Assembly (NCBI GenBank): GCA_964638035.1
Contig: CAZWXD010000011.1
Location: forward strand, 24,875 to 88,874
From: an uncultured Gemmatimonadaceae bacterium
GTDB lineage: Bacteria > Gemmatimonadota > Gemmatimonadetes > Gemmatimonadales > GWC2-71-9
Direction: 5' to 3'
DNA: 64,000 bases
Under the pieces are notes generated by a model that was given only the letters and a program-made list of their open reading frames with translations, searched no databases and was not told the origin of the DNA. This document shows, piece by piece, positions 29,130 through 37,358 of this stretch (its first letter is position 1; each line of letters opens with the position of its first letter). The translations under genes and the position numbers were made by a program.

Positions 29130-29516
29130 ATGTTCAATCGCAAGGGCTTCACCCTCATCGAGCTGCTGATCGTGGTGGTGATCATCGGCATCCTGGCCGC
29201 GATCGCGATCCCGAAGTTCGCAGCGACCAAGGACAAGGCCAAGCTGGCGTCGATCAAGACCGACCTGCGGAACTACATGACCGCGCAGGAGGCGTACTTC
29301 TCCGACTACCAGACCTATGGCAGCTTTGCCAACGTCCAGACGGCGTCGAACTTTACGCTGTCGGCTGGCAACACCGGCGCGGGTGCGGCGGCGGCAGGTG
29401 GCTGGACGGCCGTGTTTACCAACACGTCGATCTCGACCGGTACGTCGAGCTGCAGCCTCGAGGTCGGCAGCAGCGCGGCGACCAGCACGGAAGATGGTGT
29501 GATCGACTGCCCGTGA
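29130..29516 (+). CDS. pilA: Type IVa major pilin
   Basis: MFNRKG/FTLIELLIVVVIIGILAAIAIP class III signal with Glu5. C-terminal Cys...Cys disulfide loop. GGGAGG Shine-Dalgarno sequence. Confidence 0.92.
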   Translation: MFNRKGFTLIELLIVVVIIGILAAIAIPKFAATKDKAKLASIKTDLRNYMTAQEAYFSDYQTYGSFANVQTASNFTLSAGNTGAGAAAAGGWTAVFTNTSISTGTSSCSLEVGSSAATSTEDGVIDCP

Positions 29517-29543
29517 GTTAGCACGGCAGGCGGGATTCCAGGG

Positions 29544-29590
29544 GCGGGCGGTAGCGACCAGTCGCTGCTGCCCGCTCTGCCTTTCCTGGT
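29544..29590 (+). terminator. Probable terminator hairpin after pilA1
   Basis: About 13-bp stem (GCGGGCGGTAGCG / CGCTGCTGCCCGC, two G-U pairs) followed by TCTGCCTTTCC. Confidence 0.45.
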
Positions 29591-29732
29591 AGTCAGGGGC
29601 CACACGCATCGTGGCCTTGAGCGTCGTCACCGGGGCGCAGAATACAAGCGAGGAACTGCACGAGTAGCTCCCATCATTGCATCTCCATGCGCAACTGCCA
29701 TTCGGCCAGCAGGTTAGCTCGCCAGCGGATCA

Positions 29733-29748
29733 TGGCATCCCGGTTGCA
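29733..29748 (+). promoter_or_regulatory. sigma54 (-24/-12) promoter of the second pilin gene
   Basis: TGGCAT-cccgg-TTGCA, a full consensus core, 64 nt upstream of the GTG at 29812. An 8-bp leader hairpin GGGGAGGC/GCCTCCCC lies at about 29766..29786. Confidence 0.75.
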
Positions 29749-29811
29749 TGTTCCTGAGTTCAGCCGGGGAGGCTCGGGGCCTCCCCAAGGATCTCCAACC
29801 AGGGGAACACG

Positions 29812-30204
29812 GTGCCAGCCGCTCGCAGGGGCTTTACGCTGATCGAACTGCTGATCGTGGTCGTGATCGTCGGCCTCCTGGCCGCGATTGCGATCCCGAA
29901 GTTCGCGAGCACGAAGGGAAACGCCGCCGTAGCGAAGATGAAGGGTGACTTGAGGAACCTCGCAACGGCGCAGGAAGCGTACTATGGCGACGCGAACACC
30001 TTTTATTCAGGCGTGGTGCCGTCCGCGGCCCTGGTCTACAACCCCTCGGAGGGAGTGACCATCACGATGGACCATGCCGACGCCACGGGATGGGGTGCGA
30101 CCGCCAGTTACGCTTCCCTGACACCCCGCACATGTGCCCTCTTTGCGGGACCCACGCCCGTGGCTCCCGCGACCGTCGAGGGCATGATCGCCTGCACCAA
30201 CTGA
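29812..30204 (+). CDS. Type IVa pilin (second, divergent copy)
   Basis: MPAARRG/FTLIELLIVVVIVGLLAAIAIP with Glu5. C-terminal Cys...Cys loop. Confidence 0.9.
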   Translation: MPAARRGFTLIELLIVVVIVGLLAAIAIPKFASTKGNAAVAKMKGDLRNLATAQEAYYGDANTFYSGVVPSAALVYNPSEGVTITMDHADATGWGATASYASLTPRTCALFAGPTPVAPATVEGMIACTN

Positions 30205-30213
30205 CCACGGCAC

Positions 30214-30234
30214 GGCCGGAACTTCCTTCCGGCC
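30214..30234 (+). terminator. Hairpin after pilin 2 (possible terminator)
   Basis: GGCCGGAA - cttcc - TTCCGGCC. No U-tract. Confidence 0.45.
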
Positions 30235-30268
30235 CCCTGGTCGTGCAGTCAGGAAGGGTCAGTAAGCG

Positions 30269-31408
30269 ATGCCGGATCGCCCGCCACAGTCCCTCCGGTC
30301 CCAACTCCTCTTCCAGCTTGGCGTCCTTGCCTCCGCCGCCGTCCTCGTGACCGGCGTCACCACGCTCCTGCTCTCGGCGTTCGGCATCGAGCGGTCCCTC
30401 GGGGCGCTGCTGGTCCTCTGGATCGGCAGCTCGGTGATCTTCGTGCTCTTCGGCACCTGGCTCGTGGGCCGGCTGGTCCTGACGCCCATGGCCCGCCTGG
30501 CCCGTGAGGCGGACGCCCTCGAGGAGGGGCACGACCCCGGGGACCCCGCGGTGTACGAGAGCCTGGAGTTCGCCTCGCTCTCCGACCGCTACCGCCGGAT
30601 GGCGGCGAGCCTGCTCGAAATCCAGGCACAGGTGGCACGCGTCGAGAAATTGGCCGGTCTCGGGACATTGGCTGCAGGCGTGGCACACGAGGTGCGCAAT
30701 CCCCTCGGAGCGCTGGCCAATTACGTGGAAGTGCTTGATCGGCGGGCGCATGGCCCGGCGGATCCTGCAATTCTCGCGGCGATGCGCGGCGAGATCGAGC
30801 GCATCGACCGCACGATCCGCAGCCTCCTCGAGTACGCACGGCCGGGCGTGGTGTCGGGTGTGTCCGATCTCAACGCCCTGGTGACGGGTACGCTGGAGTT
30901 CCTGGGCGCCCAGGGGGCATTCAAGGCAGTCGAGGTCCGGAGCGAGCTCGATGGCGAGGCGCGACCGGTGCGTGGCAGTCGAAACATTCTCGAACAGGTG
31001 ATCGTGAACCTGGTCCTCAACGCGCGCGACGCGGCCCCGACGGGCCAGATCACCATCGGCACCCGCCTGGCGCCGTATGCGACCGAAGGCGTGATCATCC
31101 GCCGGGCGGACGAGGCGCGTGGCGGCAGTGGCCAGCTGGTCACGAGGTCCCCGCGCCGGCAGATCCCTGCCGGAACGCCGGGCGTGCTGCTGTACGTGGC
31201 GGACAACGGCCCGGGCGTGCCGGACGAGTTCCGCGAGCGGGTGTTCGACCCGTTCTTCACGACCAAGGGACCCGCGGATGGCGTTGGCCTCGGGCTCGCG
31301 ATCGTGGCGCGCAACGCCTACGAGGCCGGTGGCACGGTCTGGGTGGACCGGGCCCGCGAGGGCGGCGCGGTCTTCAAGGTCTTCCTGCCCCTGGCGGAGG
31401 CGGCATAG
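30269..31408 (+). CDS. Sensor histidine kinase (PilS2-like)
   Basis: Two adjacent TM helices without a periplasmic domain. H-box VAHEVRNPLGAL, ADNGPGVP, GVGLGLAIV. Confidence 0.85.
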   Translation: MPDRPPQSLRSQLLFQLGVLASAAVLVTGVTTLLLSAFGIERSLGALLVLWIGSSVIFVLFGTWLVGRLVLTPMARLAREADALEEGHDPGDPAVYESLEFASLSDRYRRMAASLLEIQAQVARVEKLAGLGTLAAGVAHEVRNPLGALANYVEVLDRRAHGPADPAILAAMRGEIERIDRTIRSLLEYARPGVVSGVSDLNALVTGTLEFLGAQGAFKAVEVRSELDGEARPVRGSRNILEQVIVNLVLNARDAAPTGQITIGTRLAPYATEGVIIRRADEARGGSGQLVTRSPRRQIPAGTPGVLLYVADNGPGVPDEFRERVFDPFFTTKGPADGVGLGLAIVARNAYEAGGTVWVDRAREGGAVFKVFLPLAEAA

Positions 31409-32770
31409 ATGCGGCTCCTCATCGTTGACGATGACGCCGGCCTGCGGCAGTCCCTGGGGCTGCTGCTGAGCGAATCGGGCTACGACGTCGTGAGCGAGGG
31501 CGACCCCGATGCGGGGCTCGCGCGTGCGGTGGCGGAGCCATTCGACCTGATCCTCTGCGACGTGAAGATGCCGAAGATGGACGGGCTCACCTTCCTCCGG
31601 CGCTACCGCGCCGACAAGGGTGCCGGCCTGCTCATCATGATGAGCGCCTACGGCGGTGAGGACACCGCCATCGCGGCCATGCGTGAGGGCGCGTACGACT
31701 ACCTGCACAAGCCCTTCAAGCCCGATGAAGTGACGCTCACGCTGCGGAAGGCGGAGGAGCGCGAGCGCCTGAAGCGCGAGGTGGAGCAGCTCCGTGCCTC
31801 GCTCGGTGCCGATGCCGTGCGCGACCTGCTCATCGCCGAGTCGCCGGCGCTCCGGAGCGTGCTGGAGCTGGCCGAGCGGGTCGCAGCGCATGACACGACG
31901 GTGCTGCTCACCGGCGAGTCGGGCACCGGAAAGGAAGTCCTGGCCCGGGCGATCCACCGGATGAGCCCGCGGAGCGCCGGCCCCTTCACCGCGGTGAACT
32001 GCGCCGCCATCCCGGAGCAGCTGCTCGAGTCGGAACTCTTCGGCCACGTGAAGGGCGCCTTCACCGGCGCGGCGACCGACCGGCCCGGCATCTTCGAGTC
32101 CACCAACGGCGGCACCCTGATGCTGGACGAGATCGGCGACATGCCGCTGTCGCTGCAGGCCAAGCTGCTCCGTGCCCTGGAGGACGGCGAGATCCGTCGC
32201 CTGGGTGGCCAGGAGAGCCGGGCAGTGGACGTGCGCGTGGTCGCCGCGACGGCCAGGGACCTCGAGAAGGCCGTGTCCCAGGGCGTCTTCCGCGACGACC
32301 TCTACTACCGCCTCAACGTGGTGCGGCTGCACCTGCCGCCCCTGCGTGAACGGCCGCAGGACATTCCTGCCCTCGTGGCTCACTTTGCCCGCCAGACGGC
32401 CGAGAAGCTGGGTCGCCCCGTGAGCCTGACCCCGCGCGCCCTCGCTGCACTCTCGGCGCACTCCTGGCACGGCAACGTGCGCGAGCTGCGGAATGCGGTG
32501 GAGCGCGCGGCGGTGCTGAGCGCCACCGGACGGCTCGACGTGGAGGACTTCCCGCTCCACAACGGCAATGGGAACGGCCGCCCCGTCAACGGGACCTACA
32601 TCCCGGTGCCGGGCACCTACGAGCTCAAGCCGCAGATCGAGCAGCTCGAGCGGGCGACGATCGTCCGGGCCCTGGACGCCTCGAAGGGAAGTCGTCGCGA
32701 GGCGGCCCAGTTGCTTGGCGTGAGCCTCCGGACCCTGTTCTACAAGCTGCGGCGGTATCGCCTCGAGTAG
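31409..32770 (+). CDS. sigma54-dependent response regulator (PilR2-like)
   Basis: REC domain (FDLILCDVKMP), GESGTGKE, GAFTGA, HTH GSRREAAQLLGVSLRTLFYKL. Confidence 0.88.
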   Translation: MRLLIVDDDAGLRQSLGLLLSESGYDVVSEGDPDAGLARAVAEPFDLILCDVKMPKMDGLTFLRRYRADKGAGLLIMMSAYGGEDTAIAAMREGAYDYLHKPFKPDEVTLTLRKAEERERLKREVEQLRASLGADAVRDLLIAESPALRSVLELAERVAAHDTTVLLTGESGTGKEVLARAIHRMSPRSAGPFTAVNCAAIPEQLLESELFGHVKGAFTGAATDRPGIFESTNGGTLMLDEIGDMPLSLQAKLLRALEDGEIRRLGGQESRAVDVRVVAATARDLEKAVSQGVFRDDLYYRLNVVRLHLPPLRERPQDIPALVAHFARQTAEKLGRPVSLTPRALAALSAHSWHGNVRELRNAVERAAVLSATGRLDVEDFPLHNGNGNGRPVNGTYIPVPGTYELKPQIEQLERATIVRALDASKGSRREAAQLLGVSLRTLFYKLRRYRLE

Positions 32771-32877
32771 CCCCGTGCCGCCGGGCTGCGCGTTTTCCAT
32801 CCGGCCTGCGCTCCCACGCTGACGAACCTCCCTCACTGAACCACTATCGTGGTGCCTCCACATCCTGGAGCACCCCG

Positions 32878-33222
32878 ATGGCCACCCGCAGCGGCTTCTC
32901 CCTGGTCGAGGTCATCCTCGCCCTGTTTGTCCTCTCCGTGGGGCTCCTCGCCGTCGCCCGTGCACTGGGCCTCGCCGAGGGTGTCGGTGGGAGGCTGCGC
33001 GAGCGGAGCCGCGCGGTCTTCGACATGCACGACGCGGCTGCGCGCTATCACCGGGCGGACACGGTGTGCCTGGCTTCATCGGGGAGCCGCCGTGCGGGAC
33101 GCATCACGTTCTCCTGGGCACCGGGGCCGGCCGCCGCCACGCGTCGCACGACGATCGTGTCCGAGCCGCCGTACCAAGGGGCGCGGCCCGAGTCGGCCGC
33201 GTCGGTGGTGGCGTGCCCATGA
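32878..33222 (+). CDS. Minor pilin (PilV/GspH-like prepilin)
   Basis: MATRSG/FSLVEVILALFVLSVGLL prepilin cleavage/methylation motif with Glu5. Confidence 0.7.
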   Translation: MATRSGFSLVEVILALFVLSVGLLAVARALGLAEGVGGRLRERSRAVFDMHDAAARYHRADTVCLASSGSRRAGRITFSWAPGPAAATRRTTIVSEPPYQGARPESAASVVACP

Positions 33223-34016
33223 CCGCCCATGCCGGTGCACGGCGTTATGGGGCCACGCTCATTGAGCTGCTCGTGGCGCTCACCATCAGCGCAATAGTCC
33301 TCGGCGCTGCCGTTCGCCTCATGCTCGGCGCCGTACGCAGCAGCGACCGGACGCACGAACGCGCGCGACAGCAGGCCATGTTCCGGGCCGTTGGCAGGAT
33401 GCTGTCGCACGAGATCGCCGGCATCGATCCCGCCAGCGACATCGGCGGCATCGCGCCGGAGAGCCTCACGGTGCGCGCCCTTCGGGGCTCCGGCCGCACG
33501 TGCGGCACCGATGCCGGCGCGCTGGTGGTCGCCACCGCCACGTTCCACGGCTGGCGGTTGCCCGATATGCGGCGCGACAGCCTCCGCGTGCCAGCCGCCA
33601 CGGGCGATGCGTGGACCACCGAGCCGCTGCTCGGTGCGGTGTCGAGTTCGCGCTGCGCCGACGGCACGCCCGGGCTGCGCCTTCCGGTTGGCCGCGCGCT
33701 CGCGGCGCGGGCAGCCGTGGCAAGCATCGCGGTGCGCGTGACGGAATGGGTGCGGTTCCGGGTCTATGCCAACGCAGAGGGCTGGTGGCTGGGCCAGCGC
33801 TCGCTCCGGCGCGCCGACGTCGTCCAGCCCATTGCCGGGCCGTTCTCCAGCGGGGCACTCACGTTCCAGGCGCTCGATGGCGCCGGAGCGCCAACGGTCG
33901 ACGCGCGTGCCCTTCGGAGCCTCGCGGTGGCCATGCGGACCAGGCACGATGGCACCATGCGGGGCGTTGCAGCCGATTCGGTGCTGGCATGGGTGTGGTC
34001 GGGGGGTGGCCCATGA
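33219..34016 (+). CDS. Minor pilin (PilW-like prepilin)
   Basis: Internal ATG overlapping the upstream stop. RRYG/ATLIELLVALTISAIVLG. Confidence 0.7.
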   Translation: MTAHAGARRYGATLIELLVALTISAIVLGAAVRLMLGAVRSSDRTHERARQQAMFRAVGRMLSHEIAGIDPASDIGGIAPESLTVRALRGSGRTCGTDAGALVVATATFHGWRLPDMRRDSLRVPAATGDAWTTEPLLGAVSSSRCADGTPGLRLPVGRALAARAAVASIAVRVTEWVRFRVYANAEGWWLGQRSLRRADVVQPIAGPFSSGALTFQALDGAGAPTVDARALRSLAVAMRTRHDGTMRGVAADSVLAWVWSGGGP

Positions 34017-34477
34017 CGCCACGTCGTGGCATCACCCTGGTGGCGGTGCTGGTCCTGCTCCTGGTCCTCGGTGCCGTGCTGGGCGGCCTGCCCTGGATCC
34101 TCAAGGCAGAGGCCGTCGCGGCCCGGGACGACCTTGCCGCCCTCCGTGCCGACCTTGCCGCGCGAGCCGTGGTGGCCATGTCCCGCCGCTACCTGGAGGG
34201 GGCGCCACCCGAGAGCCTGGCGTCGCTGGTGGCGCAAATGCCACCGCCGGTGCACCTCGCGGGGGGCGCCATTGGCTACGCCGAGCTGGAGTTGCTGGAC
34301 AGCATCCAGCTCGAGGTCGTGGCCCAGGGGTTCGCCGGCGAGCGCGGGGCCTCCCTGGCGCGGCAGCAGTTGTGTGTGCTGTTCGCGGTGCGGCAGGTGC
34401 CTGACTCGACCGGATCCCGGACGGCGATTCGTGCCGAGCTTCCGGCGGCGCAGGTGGAATGCGGGAGCGGCCCCTGA
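34013..34477 (+). CDS. PilX-like pilus minor component
   Basis: Internal ATG overlapping the upstream stop. RRG/ITLVAVLVLLLVLGAVL hydrophobic N-terminus lacking Glu5. Confidence 0.55.
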   Translation: MTPRRGITLVAVLVLLLVLGAVLGGLPWILKAEAVAARDDLAALRADLAARAVVAMSRRYLEGAPPESLASLVAQMPPPVHLAGGAIGYAELELLDSIQLEVVAQGFAGERGASLARQQLCVLFAVRQVPDSTGSRTAIRAELPAAQVECGSGP

Positions 34478-34668
34478 GGCCAGCGGCCGGATCGGTGCAG
34501 TATGTGGGGCTGGGGTGCAGCTTTTGGCCCGCCCGATTGTTGGCGCGGCAAGGTGAGAAAGGCCATGCATTTGGGAGGGTGAGGCGGTTCCCCGGACGGC
34601 CCGCCGGAGCTAAGGTGATGCTGGTCAACTCCTTGCGGTACCAAGACATATCCTTCCAATGCAACGCA

Positions 34669-34684
34669 TGGCATATGGGTTGCT
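34669..34684 (+). promoter_or_regulatory. sigma54 (-24/-12) promoter about 270 nt upstream of pilM
   Basis: TGGCAT-atggg-TTGCT with GG-N10-GC spacing, sharing the CATGGCAT flank of both pilin promoters. Confidence 0.6.
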
Positions 34685-34951
34685 CCTACCCCTAACGCCT
34701 TGCACCCCAGCGCGATCGGCTCGCCGGGCATGCTCCAGAAACTGGCTGGTGACTCAGAGCTTGACGATCCAGTTTGTCATGGAGTCGGTGACCGAGGGTT
34801 GGCGGCGCGGGCGGTACATCCTGACAGTATCACATAAGCTATTGATATCATTGAGCTTGTTGGGTGCAAGCTCAGCTTGGATTGGCGTTGACAAGCGGCG
34901 CAGGACTCGCCTGGCGTGGTCCTGCATAACCCCCCAACAACCGGGCACCAC

Positions 34952-35995
34952 ATGGCAATGTTCGGCCGGAAGCGGACAACCGTCGCTCTCGATATCGGCA
35001 GCGGGCTGATCAAGCTCGTGGCGATCCAGCACGGCTCGGGTGAGCCGGTGCTGACGAAGGTGGCGTTCACGTCGGTGGTGGACGACGCCATCGTCGAGGG
35101 TGAGGTCATGGACCCGGGCATCGTCGCGGACGCGATCCGCGGGCTGATGGCATCGGCCGGGGTCAAGGCGAAGCAGGTGGTGACGGCGGTGGGCGGCCGT
35201 GACGTGATCATCAAGAAGATCACGATGGACCGGATGAAGGAGGCCGAGGCGCGCGAGGTGATCCGCTGGGAGGCGGAGCAGCACGTGCCGTTCGACATGG
35301 AGAACGTCGAGCTCGACTTCCAGATCCTGGATCCCGAGGGCGACGGCCTCCAGATGACGGTGCTGCTGGTGGCGGCCAAGCGGGAGCTGATCGAGACGAA
35401 GTTGACGCTCCTCTCGGACGTGGGCCTCGAGCCGAGCATCATCGACGTCGACGCCTTTGCGCTGCACAACGCGTTCGCCCTCAACTACCCCGAGGCGATG
35501 CGCGGCCTGGTGGGGCTGGTGAACATCGGGCACGAGGTGACCAACGTGAACGTGCTGGACGACGGGGTGCCGGTGCTCACGCGTGACATCGCGGTGGGCG
35601 TGCGGCGGTTCCGCGAGGACATGCAGCGCGAGCGCGGCATGTCGGCGGACGAGGCCGACCGGATCCTGCAGGGTGGCGACACCACCCCGGAGCTCGAGCC
35701 GTTCCTGGAGACGCGGGGTGAGGAGATCGCGGTGGGCATCGAGCGCGCCGCGGCCTTCCTGCAGTCCTCGTCCCGCTCGTCCAGCACGCTGGGCCGGCTC
35801 TTCACCACGGGCGGCGGCGCCCGCATCCCGGGGCTCAACCGGGTGCTGGCCGACCGCCTGCGCCTCCCGGTGCAGCTGGCCAACCCGCTGGAGAAGCTGC
35901 GCGTCGCGGACGGCGTGCTCGACATGATGGTGATGGACGACGTCGCGCCGCTCCTGATGCTGCCGGTTGGCCTGGCCCTTCGTTCCGCCGCGTGA
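34952..35995 (+). CDS. pilM: Type IV pilus assembly protein PilM
   Basis: Actin-like ATPase fold signature TVALDIGSGLIKLV. Start trimmed to ATG 34952. Confidence 0.9.
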   Translation: MAMFGRKRTTVALDIGSGLIKLVAIQHGSGEPVLTKVAFTSVVDDAIVEGEVMDPGIVADAIRGLMASAGVKAKQVVTAVGGRDVIIKKITMDRMKEAEAREVIRWEAEQHVPFDMENVELDFQILDPEGDGLQMTVLLVAAKRELIETKLTLLSDVGLEPSIIDVDAFALHNAFALNYPEAMRGLVGLVNIGHEVTNVNVLDDGVPVLTRDIAVGVRRFREDMQRERGMSADEADRILQGGDTTPELEPFLETRGEEIAVGIERAAAFLQSSSRSSSTLGRLFTTGGGARIPGLNRVLADRLRLPVQLANPLEKLRVADGVLDMMVMDDVAPLLMLPVGLALRSAA

Positions 35996-36014
35996 TCCCG
36001 GGAGCCCAACAGCC

Positions 36015-36725
36015 ATGATGATCACTGTCAATCTGAAGCCAGGCCTCAAGCGCAAGTCGGGGGGGTCGCCCCTTGCCGGCATCGGCGACCGGGTCAAGTC
36101 GGCCGTCGCGCAGGTCAGGGACCCGCTGCTCATCGCCGCCGTGGTGGCGTGGGTGGCGGTCGGGGGCTGGCTCTTCACCGTGTGGCAGAAGCAGAGTTCC
36201 GAGCTGGGTGACCTCGAGCCGCGGCTGGAGCAGGCCCGCGCCGAGAACCGCCGCTTCAAGGCGTTCATCCAGCAGAAGAAGAAGCAGGAGCTGATCCGCG
36301 ACTCGCTCCTGGCGCAGATCGGCGTGATCAGCGAGGTGGACCGCGACCGCTACGTGTGGTCGCACGTGCTGGACGAGGTGGCGCAGGCGCTGCCGGCGTA
36401 CACCTGGCTCACCGAGATCGCCCATGAGGGCCCGGCGGCGGGCGCGCCGGCCCAGCCGCAGCAGCGGGACACCACGACCACGGACAGCACGGTCACCCCG
36501 CCGCCCAGCTTCCGCATCCAGGGCCGCACGGTGGACATCCAGGCCTACACCAAGTTCCTGCGCCAGCTCGAGGCGTCACCGTGGATCGGGAATGTCCAGC
36601 CGGTGTCGGTCACGACGGTGGTGGAGCAGGAGCGGCCGGTGACCGCGTTCACCGTGAAGGCCAACTTCGTCACGGCCGATTCGGCGTACATCCGGACCGT
36701 GCCCCTCAGTCAGTCGGTGAGGTAA
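36015..36725 (+). CDS. pilN: Type IV pilus assembly protein PilN
   Basis: Single TM helix (LLIAAVVAWVAVGGWLF) plus coiled coil. GGGAG lies before ATG 36015. Position in pilMNOPQ. Confidence 0.85.
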   Translation: MMITVNLKPGLKRKSGGSPLAGIGDRVKSAVAQVRDPLLIAAVVAWVAVGGWLFTVWQKQSSELGDLEPRLEQARAENRRFKAFIQQKKKQELIRDSLLAQIGVISEVDRDRYVWSHVLDEVAQALPAYTWLTEIAHEGPAAGAPAQPQQRDTTTTDSTVTPPPSFRIQGRTVDIQAYTKFLRQLEASPWIGNVQPVSVTTVVEQERPVTAFTVKANFVTADSAYIRTVPLSQSVR

Positions 36726-36728
36726 GCC

Positions 36729-37358
36729 ATGGCACTCACGCTTTCCGGCGACAAGCGCTCCAGTTCGATCCTGCTGATCCTGCTGGCGCTGGGCCTGGGC
36801 TATGTCGGCTACAACGGGCTCGAGGTGGCCAAGATCGGCGGGCTCAAGGCGCGCAAGGTGCGCATCGCGGCGATCCAGGACACCGTGCGGCAGCTCGAGG
36901 CCCAGACCGACACCGCCAAGAAGGAACTGGCACAGGGCACCGTGGAGGACCTGCGGCAGAAGCTCGAGGGGTACCGGGCGAGCCTGGGCCTGCTGCGCCG
37001 GCTCGTGCCCGAGCGCAACGAGGTGCCGAACCTGATCGACGACATCAGCACGCGGGCCAAGATCCGCGGCGTGAGCGTGGCCGACCTGCAGCCCCTGGGC
37101 GAGGTGGGCGGCCCGGCGCCGTTCAGCACGCAGCGCTACAACATGCGGGTCACCGGCCACTATGACCAGATCGGCGAGTTCCTGGCCGACATTGCCTCGC
37201 TGCAGCGGGTGATCGTGCCGGGCGACCTGGTCCTGACACCGGCCGCCGCAAATGCGGCCAGGGCCCTGGGTGACTCCACCGGGGCGCTGCTCGACGCGAA
37301 GTTCCAGATCCGTACTTACGTGAAGTCCGCCGCGGAGGGAGACCCCAGTGGCACCTGA
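36729..37358 (+). CDS. pilO: Type IV pilus assembly protein PilO
   Basis: N-terminal TM helix, coiled coil, PilO-type C-terminal domain (VPNLIDDIS...). Confidence 0.85.
   Translation: MALTLSGDKRSSSILLILLALGLGYVGYNGLEVAKIGGLKARKVRIAAIQDTVRQLEAQTDTAKKELAQGTVEDLRQKLEGYRASLGLLRRLVPERNEVPNLIDDISTRAKIRGVSVADLQPLGEVGGPAPFSTQRYNMRVTGHYDQIGEFLADIASLQRVIVPGDLVLTPAAANAARALGDSTGALLDAKFQIRTYVKSAAEGDPSGT

Noticed and set aside
34659-35009. 116-aa ORF in the pilM leader.
   Set aside because: The translation has no coding character (mixed composition, no motif, overlaps the pilM start out of frame) and there is no Shine-Dalgarno sequence. It is treated as non-coding leader.
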